This document shows, piece by piece, positions 45,519 to 55,561 of a stretch of 64,000 nucleotides of DNA; positions within the stretch are counted from its first letter, which is position 1; each line of letters begins with the position of its first letter. The DNA comes from a virus. The position numbers were made by a program, and so were the translations under genes. The notes under the pieces were generated by a model. That model made no database searches and was not told the origin of the DNA. It worked only from the letters and a program-made list of their open reading frames with translations. The DNA lies in the IMG/VR virus record IMGVR_UViG_3300042731_011014, positions 113,891 through 177,890 of that record; one strand, given 5' to 3'.

Positions 45519-46514
45519 TTACTTTACATCGACTCCAATAAGTTCCTTGAGGAAAGTGATCCCAGACTTGTCCATTCTTCGCCTAGTCTCTCTTAAAATA
45601 TTCCCCGGCCAACTGGGACCACTAGTAACAAAACCGGTCAATGCCTGTACGGCTGATGCTCCGTTTCTTATGTACTTGAGAAAATTACCCGCGGTGCGGA
45701 CACCTCCAACACCAATAATAGGCATTCTACCTTCAGTTATTCTGTAAATATCTTTTACCATGGCTACGCCGTGATCATAAATAGGCCTTCCACTCATTTC
45801 GCAATCATAATCACCGCCTATTTTCTCACTTAACCTAGTGCTGATCGTATTAATTACAACAAATCCAGTAAATCCGGCGTTAATAGCCCAGTCAACTTTT
45901 TTACCTAAATCGCCAGCTCGATCATGGTAACCAAGCTTAACAAAAACAGGGTAATTTATTTCAGTAAAATTCCTAATTGCTACCCTAATCCTTTCATCCT
46001 GAATATTAGAATCAAACCGCTCTCCATCAACGATCGGACATGACATGTTAATGGTCACATAATCAAATCCTAGCTTGCCAATTAAATGATCAGCAATATC
46101 TATAATATGAGGATCATGTCCCCATATATTAACTCCAATAATACAGTTACCTGTCCTCATATTTAGTCTTGGCGCTACCCTTAAAATACCATCGCTAGGC
46201 AATTCGACCCGATTAAAAAGGATATCATTTTTCATGATTATCCTTGGTCTTGGGGCGCCGTCTCTCTGTCTGTAAGTAATAGTACCAACTTCAACACATC
46301 CAAACCCAATAGAGCTTAGTCCATCAATCATGGTCCCATTTTTATCAAATCCGGCCGCAATACAAAGAGGATTAGAGAACATCATATCAGATATTATAAT
46401 ATTTAACCGCGGATCATAGACAATATCTCTATTTCTTTTTCGAGCCCATGATTTAAACAAACTGTTTCTAAGAACCATACCAGCCACATTGTGGAGTGTT
46501 TCTCTATCAAACAT
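45519..46514 (-). CDS. pyrD: Dihydroorotate dehydrogenase, divergent class 2-like
   Basis: NPLCIAAGFDKNG, GFGCVEVGTIT, Q.G..RPRI, INMSCP, VFVKL, VINT, MSGRP, PIIGVGGV, GASAVQ. Confidence 0.9.
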   Translation of the reverse strand: MFDRETLHNVAGMVLRNSLFKSWARKRNRDIVYDPRLNIIISDMMFSNPLCIAAGFDKNGTMIDGLSSIGFGCVEVGTITYRQRDGAPRPRIIMKNDILFNRVELPSDGILRVAPRLNMRTGNCIIGVNIWGHDPHIIDIADHLIGKLGFDYVTINMSCPIVDGERFDSNIQDERIRVAIRNFTEINYPVFVKLGYHDRAGDLGKKVDWAINAGFTGFVVINTISTRLSEKIGGDYDCEMSGRPIYDHGVAMVKDIYRITEGRMPIIGVGGVRTAGNFLKYIRNGASAVQALTGFVTSGPSWPGNILRETRRRMDKSGITFLKELIGVDVK

Positions 46515-46771
46515 TTAACACCTTTTGCCTTTCTCAATTTTTTTCTTCTTTTTCTTTTCATCTGTTTAAGCCAATCCCATCGCTTCTGGCAGATATCAAG
46601 GGAACATGGCCTAAACTCGCGTTTTCTCAGTTTAAATATTAAGACTGATTGTTCTTTAAAGATGACTTGGCTTGCACCAAGTGGAAGGTATCATGAGCCT
46701 TCCCTAAATTCACACTCCTCATCCTCTCTCTCTTTAAAATCTTCATAGTACCAAATTTTAATTTCATGCAT
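46515..46771 (-). pseudogene. Interrupted hypothetical ORF (in-frame TGA at codon 27)
   Basis: MHEIKIWYYEDF...GS*YLPLGASQ...KRRKKLRK by manual translation. Confidence 0.3.
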
Positions 46772-46772
46772 T

Positions 46773-47603
46773 TCAGACGTTGTTGTGATGGTCCCCGTTT
46801 CGCAATCTATACTGATCACTCGAACTCCTCAAAAATACTTTTCTTTTCCTCTCAAGCTTACTCATAGCTTTTTTTAATATTTGCTCCGCCCGCTGCTTTG
46901 AAAACCCAAATTTCTGACCTATTTGGACAAAGCTCCATTCATCCCTAACTTTTAAAATTAAAACCTCCCTCTCCTTATCCGTCAAGCATGATAACAGTTT
47001 ATTCGCGATATCTAAATCATATCTAACTCTATAATTATCCTCCTGATTGCACTCATCAAAGGCAAGGTTTTTAACAAAAAATGTACCATCACCAATCCTT
47101 AAAGGTTTCTCAATATTTACTGTATTACTAAGTGCCGTGCCCGATATTATGACAGCAACGGCTATTTTAAGATATCTGCCGTTTGGTGTCCCCTCGTCAA
47201 TTCTATCTAAAATATCGTTAACATTGTCGCCGTTGCTACTTGCTATCAATTTTCTTGCATCGTTTAATCTCCATGCAACCTGTTCAGGTATTCGAACACC
47301 GCTTAATTTACTTGATATAAACCTACAGATTTCATTACTTATACACCGCCTTGCATAGGTGGATACTCTATAACCCTTTTGTATTTTAAAATAGTCCACA
47401 GCCCTCATAAGACCTATTGTGCCCTCCTGGATTAAGTCATCAAGAATCTGTGGCATATTTAACAATCTCGCATATCTACTAGCTATCGCAATAACAAAAG
47501 GCAAATGAGATACTACTAACATCTCTTTATCACCTGATAAAGCTGCCTCTTTCTCTTCTTCTTTTGTTAAAATTCTAATATTCTTATAGATACTGTTTTC
47601 CAT
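46773..47603 (-). CDS. Sigma70-family RNA polymerase sigma factor
   Basis: Region 2 SHLPFVIAIASRY..DDLIQEGTIGLMRAVDYF...GYRVSTYA; region 4 LTDKEREVL...SFVQIGQKFGFSKQRAEQI. Confidence 0.92.
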   Translation of the reverse strand: MENSIYKNIRILTKEEEKEAALSGDKEMLVVSHLPFVIAIASRYARLLNMPQILDDLIQEGTIGLMRAVDYFKIQKGYRVSTYARRCISNEICRFISSKLSGVRIPEQVAWRLNDARKLIASSNGDNVNDILDRIDEGTPNGRYLKIAVAVIISGTALSNTVNIEKPLRIGDGTFFVKNLAFDECNQEDNYRVRYDLDIANKLLSCLTDKEREVLILKVRDEWSFVQIGQKFGFSKQRAEQILKKAMSKLERKRKVFLRSSSDQYRLRNGDHHNNV

Positions 47604-47640
47604 GTAAAATAATCACATTCCTTAATGTTAGTATATAATA

Positions 47641-49909
47641 CTAAACTGATATTTTAAGGTGTTCAATTATTTGACATGGTCTATCGATTTGAGACGTATT
47701 TTGTAGCACAATACCAATTTTATTTTTAAATAAAACTAGGTCTACCTCTTTTATCTCAAAAATCATCCCCTTATAAGTAACATAGTCTCCAGGTTGAACA
47801 GTCTTCCTTGCCTCAACTATAATGGTAACCCCTTTGCCTGGGACATTGTAATCCTCATAACCGCCAAAAATATGGATCCTTTTCCATTCCCTGGTTAGAT
47901 CTGATCCGCAATGCACGCAGTACTTCCACCCTACCTGGACTTCTTTAGAACAAAACTTACATGACTCCATTATTTTTCCTTGTCCTCCGGATACTCTATA
48001 ACCTCAAAAACATCATATTTTTCCCCAAGTAATGAACTCCCAATTGAAGCTCCCTTAATCCACTCCAGTGCTTCCTCGCGAGTTTTAAAGTAAAAACTAA
48101 CAGGCTGAGTAACCCTTTCCCCGTACGCCTCCAATGTTTCTATTATAATATAGATCTTTTTCATTTCACTTCCTTGTAATAGTGGAGAAAACACTCATCA
48201 TGACAAACTTCAAAGCATGTCTTTTTTATCATTTTAATAGCCAGGGATTTATCTTGATTATAATCAATTGCTTCACATGTCCCATCTCCCGTCCCTGCAC
48301 GACACACCCGGTCACTATAAGATGGTATTTGACAATTACAGCCAATAATCATAAGAAGAAGGTACCTTAGGATTTTCATTTTTTGCCTCTACATTAATAT
48401 AAATTGCTGAATTGTTGGTAAACTCAAAATGAGCAAAGTCCGATTTTCCTCTACTATATCGACTTTACCATTAATACCTTCGTAAAGTTTTGTCCCTACG
48501 TTTTTTACAAGTATACTTATCTGCTACAAGGTTGACAGTATTAACTATCATTTCTTTCATTTCTTCACTTGATTGACCGAGATCAATAAACCTAAATAAT
48601 GCATCAACAATCTTACCGAGTACAAATGCCTTCTTGCATTCCTCATGAAAACATTCGTCCTCAAGCTTATCTAACGCGATATGTGCCGATGAAAGAATTT
48701 CCATCTGCATTATACTGACAATGTGATCGTTATCTAGAAATCCATAACATGGACTAACTAACATATCATGGACTTTTTCCATTGCACTGCTTAAGTTGTC
48801 AAAGGTGTCGGTAGCTACGTAACCATTGCCTCTCACTGTGAATTGGTTTTTCTCTATAATGCAATCTATAAACCTATGCTCTCCTTTAAATTCAAACATA
48901 GGATAAAAAGCATCTTCGCCGTCAGGCAGTATCTCAATATTGGTAAGCGATTCGGCTAATAGCTGGTTAACGGTGACAGCCTTAGCCATTTTTTCAACTA
49001 AATCCTTTTGGTCGCCGCTTAACCGATTATATCCTATTACTAACTCAATGTTCTCATATATTTTGTATCTCACTACTGACTCCTATTGAGCGTATAATGT
49101 CATCATGTCTCTGTTTTACAACTGCATCAATTTTTTCCACAATCATAGAATACAATAAAGGCTCTCGACTTTTTTTAATATAGAAAATAAAGACCCATCC
49201 ACCTTTATTGTAGTAAAAATAAAAACTTCCAGTGGTTGAGCAACGTCTTATCAGGTATTTTTTATTAACAATAAACTCATTGCATACTAACATAGTGGAT
49301 GAAAATTTCCAGTAACCATAGGCGTTAGAAGTGTCAAGAATCTCGCCAATAACTTTATTTTTAATCCCATTGAGTAATTTCTCTTTTTCGTCAGTCATGG
49401 TGCCCTCCCCGGGTCCCATTCAGAACTGCATATTTCGCCGTCATCCTTATATTCCCTTTCATAGTCTTTGACAAATTTATCGTAATCAGGTCCGCTTAGG
49501 GCACGGACCATCTGATCGATAACCCACATTTTATGATGATCTCCATCGTACCAGGAATCACTCCATGCTATGTCTAGTGCCTTATTTATTCGGTCAACTG
49601 CTTCCTTTTGATCGATTGCTTTCACTAAAAACTTCATACTTGGACAGCTCAATTTATCTCTCCTTTTATCCATTTAACATAAAGGTTATCAAGTTCAATC
49701 TCCATTCTCATTATTTGACTACGGCATGAATCACTAGACGCACCGAGACGTATCTTATAATAAGCTAGTCGTTTTATAAGATTTATTGATTCACGAAGTT
49801 GTTTGATTTGCTGAAGTCTGTAAAAGCTGCTTCCAAGCTCATATATTCCATCAATCTCTTTTTCAGTAAATATACCGCTCAAATACCTCTTAACACTATC
49901 CTTATCCAT
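47641..49909 (-). other. Run of seven short co-oriented hypothetical ORFs (47641-47970 zinc ribbon; 47970-48194; 48161-48379; 48471-49073; 49054-49419; 49395-49673; 49649-49909)
   Basis: Tightly coupled minus-strand ORFs. CKFC/CVHC in the first; GDHHKMWVIDQMVRAL in 49395-49673. Confidence 0.6.
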
Positions 49910-50486
49910 ACGCCTTCTTAAGTCTGTTCTTGTCGCGATTAGTAAACGTAAGAGGTTTGGTATTTTTACCGATAGTTGGCCTCATTATTGAGTTACCAAT
50001 ATTATCGTGGTCTAGCCCAAGTCCATGTCCGATCTCATGTCTCATTACCGCATCCAATAAATCACCTTCTAACCCATAATCGATTGTTATTAGGCATACA
50101 ATTAGTCGCCCACTTTTTTCATAGCGATACTGGTTTAGACCCTTGTTCCTACCTCTTAAATCGTCTTTGCGTAGATAAATATGACCACGTGGTACCTTCT
50201 CAATCTCATTAATTCTTGGAAAATACCACGTAGTTATCCCAGCAAAAACCTCTTTGCCAACAATTTTATTGACTTCTTTAATTATGGCAGAACATGATTT
50301 TTTGTAAATAGGATCCAAATTGTCATTGTGTAAAATAAAAATCGGCAGGTCATCCTTTGACCATCTGATTTCACGGCCGCTCTTGGTCTTTATGAAACCA
50401 ATATCCTTATCCCTGAAGTAATCAGCTAACAGAAAAACAATGATAATTGCAATAATTGCGGCTGGAAAGCAAAGTATCCACATCAC
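49902..50486 (-). CDS. Membrane-anchored zinc metalloprotease (matrixin/M10-like metzincin)
   Basis: N-terminal TM helix; HEIGHGLGLDH zinc motif and SIMRP Met-turn. Confidence 0.85.
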   Translation of the reverse strand: MMWILCFPAAIIAIIIVFLLADYFRDKDIGFIKTKSGREIRWSKDDLPIFILHNDNLDPIYKKSCSAIIKEVNKIVGKEVFAGITTWYFPRINEIEKVPRGHIYLRKDDLRGRNKGLNQYRYEKSGRLIVCLITIDYGLEGDLLDAVMRHEIGHGLGLDHDNIGNSIMRPTIGKNTKPLTFTNRDKNRLKKAYG

Positions 50487-50504
50487 TCAATCAACCTCCA
50501 GATG

Positions 50505-50702
50505 TTAAAAAGGATTATTTAAGGCGTCTTTTACTGCATCCTTCACCAAATCGCTACTGTTATCGATGGATTTACCACATTCTAGCCACCCTATTGCATA
50601 AATAAGCATTGCAATAATTGTAATCATCAGTAATGCAGAAAAAATCAGTTGGACCTTATTTTTCCAACTTGCATGCCATATATCAATAAACCACTGAATC
50701 AT
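50505..50702 (-). CDS. Small membrane protein
   Basis: One TM helix. Confidence 0.5.
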   Translation of the reverse strand: MIQWFIDIWHASWKNKVQLIFSALLMITIIAMLIYAIGWLECGKSIDNSSDLVKDAVKDALNNPF

Positions 50703-50712
50703 TTTTTTCCTC

Positions 50713-51010
50713 TCACTTTCTAAGGGATACTTCCCCTAAAATAACAAAAAAATCAACTCTTCTATTGAGTTGCATCCCGGCATTTGTGCCCGTTTCATCA
50801 AGCCTGTACATCTCGCCAAGCGGTTTAATCTTTACTCAATCTACTCTTACCCCCTTTAGAGACAAAATATTCTACAGCAGCCATAGCACGTTTCTTAGAG
50901 AGCTTCATATTATACTCATGACTTGCCCTGTGGTCAGTATTACTCTCAACAATTAACAACCTTATATCAGACCTCGTTTTTAATAACTTAACCACATCAT
51001 CTAAAATTAT
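50713..51010 (-). pseudogene. OmpA/Pal-like peptidoglycan-binding domain remnant
   Basis: LDDVVKLLKTRSDIRLLIVESNTDHRASHEYNMKLSKKRAMAAVEYFVSKG, frameshift in a G5 run, then VRVD*VKIKPLGE...AGMQLNRRVDF. Confidence 0.8.
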
Positions 51011-51052
51011 AATCGATTCAAGCCGAAGTGTCGATTTTTTGCTTGAGCCACT

Positions 51053-52675
51053 CTACCGCCCTTCTGGCCGCATATGTGGAAAAAGGACTACATCTCGAAT
51101 GCTTGGCTGATCACAAAGGAGCATCACCAAACGATCAATTCCTATGCCCTCACCTGCTGTTGGAGGCATGCCGTATTCCAAAGCCCGACAATAATCCTCA
51201 TCATACTCCATTGCCTCCTCATCACCGCGCTCCCTTTCTTTGAGTTGGTGAACAAATCGGTCCCGTTGATCTGCTGGATCATTCAACTCCGAAAACGCGT
51301 TTACTATCTCACGCCCGGCAATAAATAGCTCAAATCGGTCAACTAACTCTGGACAGTTATCTTTGCGTCGAGAAAGAGGGGATGTAGCCGCTGGATAATC
51401 AATAACAAAAGTGGGCCTGTCTGCGGGTAAATGAGACTCACCTAGCTCCTCAAACAAAATCCCCAAACGCTTGCCATGGCTTTCTGCAAAACGAAGCCAT
51501 TGACCAAGTTGGTCATCACGGGCTAAAAGCCCTGCTTCCTTACACCACTTCTCAGTTGCACCAGCGTCGTCAAGGGTTTTAAGGGTCACTTCTGGTGAAA
51601 AACCTTCCTTTTTGCAGGCCTGAACAATACATTCTTTTACGGTAAGTCGGGGCCAGCGAGGCGATAAATCAATGTCTTGCCCTTGATACTGTATTTGGGT
51701 GCTATTACAAATTTGCTTGGTTAGCTGCATAAAGAGATCCTCTGTGAGATCCATAAGGTCTTGATATGTGGCATATGCCTGATAGAACTCGAGCATAGTG
51801 AATTCGGGGTTATGTTGGCGAGATAATCCTTCATTGCGAAAATTTCTGCCGATCTCATAGACCCGCTCAAATCCGCCGACCACCAATCGCTTTAAAAACA
51901 ACTCTGGGGCAATACGCAAATAAAGTGGCATATTTAATGCGTTATGGTGAGTACAAAAGGGTTTAGCAGCAGCGCCACCTAGTATGCTATGAAGAAGAGG
52001 GGTTTCAACCTCAATAAAATCAATGTCATCAAAATATTTGCGCAGAAATTTGATAATTTCGCTTCGTTTACGAAAAACTTCGGCGACCTCTGGATTGGCG
52101 ATCAGGTCCACATATCGCTGACGATAACGGGTTTCCTTATCTTTTAGGCCTTTCCACTTTTCAGGTGGAGGACGGACCGCTTTGGTAAGCAAAACAACTT
52201 CCTCAGCCATAAGCGTTAGCTCGCCAGTTTTTGTAAGAAATGGTTTTCCACTTACTCCTAAAAAATCATAGGCCTCTGCCTTTTTAAAGATGGCATAAGC
52301 CTCTTGTCCAACCATATCTTTTCGTATGTAAACCTGCAATCGGTCGGTTCTATCGGCTAATTTAACAAAAGCAACCTTGCCAAAGATCCTATGCTCAACA
52401 ATACGGCCAGCTATGGAAAACAGCTCATTCAATATTGGCTCCCCATTAGGGCTTCCACCATCTGGAAGCTCTACCTTGGCAAGCTTCTTTTTAATCTGAT
52501 AGGTTGTGTGGGTGGGCTTAAAATCATTCCTATATGGATTATGACCATCTTTTTGTAGCTGCCGAGCCTTTGCTTGCCGCTTTAGGATGAGCCGATTCAC
52601 TTCTTCGATTGTTTGCTGCTTTTCTATTGTGTCTGCTGAAGGACCCCGGGGGGCACTTACCTTCTGTTGCTCCAC
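51053..52675 (-). CDS. lysS: Lysyl-tRNA synthetase, class II (full length)
   Basis: Probable GTG start at 52675 after AAGGAG (track uses TTG 52693). OB fold GRIVEHRIFGKVAF, YRQRYVDL, motif 1 EVETPLL, motif 2 YEIGRNFRNEG...HNPEFTMLE, motif 3 ALEYGMPPTAGEGIGIDRLVML. Confidence 0.97.
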   Translation of the reverse strand: MEQQKVSAPRGPSADTIEKQQTIEEVNRLILKRQAKARQLQKDGHNPYRNDFKPTHTTYQIKKKLAKVELPDGGSPNGEPILNELFSIAGRIVEHRIFGKVAFVKLADRTDRLQVYIRKDMVGQEAYAIFKKAEAYDFLGVSGKPFLTKTGELTLMAEEVVLLTKAVRPPPEKWKGLKDKETRYRQRYVDLIANPEVAEVFRKRSEIIKFLRKYFDDIDFIEVETPLLHSILGGAAAKPFCTHHNALNMPLYLRIAPELFLKRLVVGGFERVYEIGRNFRNEGLSRQHNPEFTMLEFYQAYATYQDLMDLTEDLFMQLTKQICNSTQIQYQGQDIDLSPRWPRLTVKECIVQACKKEGFSPEVTLKTLDDAGATEKWCKEAGLLARDDQLGQWLRFAESHGKRLGILFEELGESHLPADRPTFVIDYPAATSPLSRRKDNCPELVDRFELFIAGREIVNAFSELNDPADQRDRFVHQLKERERGDEEAMEYDEDYCRALEYGMPPTAGEGIGIDRLVMLLCDQPSIRDVVLFPHMRPEGR

Positions 52676-52745
52676 AACTACTCCTTTTGCCAACTCTTTA
52701 TCTTAAACAAATTCAAATTCTTAATTGGACTCGCCACTGCCTTAT

Positions 52746-53057
52746 TCAAATTTTTAAACGTCTCCTGTGCTGAAGTTCGGCTATCTGTGATTCTAGACTA
52801 ACCAATTCATCTTCAATCAATTCACTTTTTTTTCTATTTTTAGAAATAAAATCCTCTAAATTATCTTTGAGGATACCTTTTTTATTTTTAAGATTTTCTA
52901 TTCTACTTTTCATATCAACAATCGAACTTGTGTACTCAAAATCATCATCTGTAATTTCACCAAATAGCTCAAAATAAACATTAAGAGTATTTTTTAGTCC
53001 ACGTATTTCTATATCTTTTCTATCGCAGTATGGACAATCTTTATGCAAAATGGTCAT
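52746..53057 (-). CDS. Hypothetical protein (CPYC plus coiled coil)
   Basis: Co-oriented ORF. Confidence 0.55.
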   Translation of the reverse strand: MTILHKDCPYCDRKDIEIRGLKNTLNVYFELFGEITDDDFEYTSSIVDMKSRIENLKNKKGILKDNLEDFISKNRKKSELIEDELVSLESQIAELQHRRRLKI

Positions 53058-53128
53058 ATTGCCTCAATCCCTTCTGAGTTACCCTCAATATCTATATCAT
53101 GTATGGCTTTTAAATCATCGGCAGCCAT
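53054..53128 (-). CDS. 24 aa mini-ORF resembling a major capsid protein segment
   Basis: MAADDLKAIHDIDIEGNSEGIEAI* versus capsid AADDLKAIHGMDAEG; 26 nt identical to 29648-29673; ATGA overlap with the next gene. Confidence 0.5.
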   Translation of the reverse strand: MAADDLKAIHDIDIEGNSEGIEAI

Positions 53129-53558
53129 TACCGAGATAATATCCTTCTAGGAACTTATTCTTTAAATCAGGTCTTAAAGAAAAGATACTATCGGCCACGC
53201 TTAAAACTTTCATCCTTGATTCGTTACTTTTTAGCACATCATCATAGTAATTGGTAGTTCCCTTTATTAACTTGCGGTCAGTACGGTGAATATTCTGCTC
53301 AACTTCAAGAGAATCTTTTTTTCTTAGATTGATGTTTTCTTTAGCAAACACCATACCACCTGAAAAGCAACTGTCATCGCAATTATCCTTAGCAAGATAG
53401 TCCTCATCAATCCACTCTGGGTTGTAATTCTTGAATTTTACAAGGTACTCATTATTTTCTTTGCAAACCCGATGTTCAGCAATTTTTCCCTGATTACCGT
53501 TAAAAATAAATTTAACACACTCACCTATTTTAAACTTTGGACTGCTTGTTTTTGACAT
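53115..53558 (-). CDS. Mosaic hypothetical protein (SH3-like N-terminus; C-terminus like the putative TerS tail)
   Basis: KFKIGECV N-terminus; ESRMKVLSVADSIFSLRPDL C-terminus. Confidence 0.55.
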   Translation of the reverse strand: MSKTSSPKFKIGECVKFIFNGNQGKIAEHRVCKENNEYLVKFKNYNPEWIDEDYLAKDNCDDSCFSGGMVFAKENINLRKKDSLEVEQNIHRTDRKLIKGTTNYYDDVLKSNESRMKVLSVADSIFSLRPDLKNKFLEGYYLGNGCR

Positions 53559-54091
53559 TGTATCTCCTGAACTATTTTGTTCATTTTTTCTTTTACTTGT
53601 TCATAGCTTACAGGATAAAATCCCCATGCATCAACCCCCACATCAAATGATAAACCATACGGGGGTAAGTCACCGTGTGAATGACCATATAGGTGCCAAC
53701 TGCCGTAATGCGATAGAGGCCAGACTCTCATAGCATAATGGCATAAAACTATTATCCTTTTTCCGCCCGGTACATCCCTATCTGGAACTTTCAATTTGTA
53801 GATATCTTTTACCCACGAAAATAAGCCTTTTTCTCTGGAAATCTTCTTATCATGATTCCCTCTAATAAGAAACTTGTTTCCATTTAAAGACTTTATAAAT
53901 GCGCGACTTCGTTCAACATTGCTATCCAATGAAATATCACCCAGGATATAAACGCTATCGCCTCGTTTAACAACAGAATTCCAGTTGCATGCAATGTTGG
54001 TGTACATGGAATCTGCATTATCAAACGGTCTATTACAGTGTCTGATAATGTTGTCATGGCATAAATGCAGATCTGCGGTGAAAAATATCAT
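53525..54091 (-). CDS. Calcineurin-like metallophosphoesterase
   Basis: FTADLHLCH, ILGD, IRGNHD, LCHY, LYGHSH, FDVGVD. Confidence 0.92.
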   Translation of the reverse strand: MIFFTADLHLCHDNIIRHCNRPFDNADSMYTNIACNWNSVVKRGDSVYILGDISLDSNVERSRAFIKSLNGNKFLIRGNHDKKISREKGLFSWVKDIYKLKVPDRDVPGGKRIIVLCHYAMRVWPLSHYGSWHLYGHSHGDLPPYGLSFDVGVDAWGFYPVSYEQVKEKMNKIVQEIQCQKQAVQSLK

Positions 54092-54172
54092 TCAACACTC
54101 TTTATTAAACATGTTAAAGCATTAAGTAAATGATGACTAAATTAGCAGTTTTGTCAATGTATTATTGAATAT

Positions 54173-55200
54173 TTATTTAATTAGGTAGGGTTCGGATACA
54201 ATCAAATCACCATTAGATAGCTCATTTAGCAAATCTTCAACATGGGTGTACTCCATATCCTCTAGCCAATTCCTTGTCTCTTCCTTATTGCCACTCGCTG
54301 CTAAGTTAATAACAGCCTCACATACTGCACGATATTCATCTGGTGATTCAACCACAGTTACTCTATTTGTTCCGCTAAATGGATCAAATATACCTACTGC
54401 ATACTTCATTACTAACTCCTAGTTGACTGTTTTTTTATCAAGTTTTCTGGACTTCCAAACACGTTTTAATATTTCTATTACAGTACCTAAATCAGTATCA
54501 AGAGTTTTAGCGCACAATGTTATTAAACATACCATGGCAAATACAATTATCTTACCAGCGCGATCATTATTTACATAATAATCAGATAAAAGATTTCTAT
54601 CGACAACTTCTTTTAACTCATCCATTAGTTTGCCAATATCTTCTATGTCCTTTTTTGTTAATGTTACCATCACTTATCTTCATTTATCGCAAACCTAATA
54701 AGGCGGTTTATGCTTCCTTGGTACTTCTTTTTTGCAGCGATCAGGGAATCAATATGATGATCAATAGCCACCTTTAATTGATCTAATGTCAACTCAACAT
54801 AAAAACAACAATGTGGTCTATCAAAAATAACCCCATGCAATACCGAAACCTCTCGCGCTAATTCAATCTCGAATTCAGATGGCGAAGCATGATCTCTAAT
54901 TAACGTATGAATACTGTAAAACAGTACAATCTTGTGTTTACCATGAACCTGGTGAGTTCTGTACCTAATACCGTATTTATCACATTCCTCTTTAGCCTTA
55001 GATATTCTTTCTTTTTTTATTTCGGTTTCCTTTGGAGGGCATACACAATATGACTTATCATCGCCCTTAATCCTGCTATCACGGCAATCCGAGCACATTA
55101 ACTCATAGGGCCACCCCACCGCGCAAAAACATCCCTCAACCCCTTTTCTGCAATAGCCGCCACCTACCAATTTTTTAGCATCAACATCTTTATATTCCAT
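54173..55200 (-). other. Three hypothetical ORFs (54173-54409; 54419-54673; 54670-55200, Cys-rich N-terminus)
   Basis: Co-oriented ORFs from the track. Confidence 0.55.
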
Positions 55201-55561
55201 CTTAATCCCTTAATCCTTTAATGCTTTTTATTTCAGAAAACACTTCAGCTCTACCACTTTTCGACCTATATCATGACCATGGGTTACACCCATAGCAAAC
55301 ATTTCTTTCATGTAAGAAACGTAAATTTCAAACGTAGTAGCACGACGAGAGTTCAATGAAACTAAAAGAGAAAGATCATGATTCATTTTCTTAGCAATGT
55401 GTTCAATGGTTTTTATTATTCATCTATAAAATTTTTACCTATCAAACGCGATAGCACATACAGGAAAATGATTATAATTGAGCCGGTAACTAGCTCGAAA
55501 ATAATTAAATCATCAATCAGTTCAGTAAATAAATAAATATCATCTATAACCCTATGCATTC

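Noticed and set aside
21567-50850. Stop-codon reassignment suggested by three in-frame TGA codons (ORF 21567-21698, ORF 46515-46771, OmpA remnant)
   Set aside because: Very long essential genes (portal 1906 aa, tape measure 1660 aa) have no in-frame TGA, and many genes end in TGA with ATGA overlaps. Point mutations in decaying genes explain the three cases.
51053-52693. Interpretation of lysS as a prophage-host chromosome boundary
   Set aside because: Phage-like small ORFs continue on both sides in the same orientation, with no other housekeeping neighbours, integrase or att-like repeat. A chimeric assembly is still not excluded without reads.
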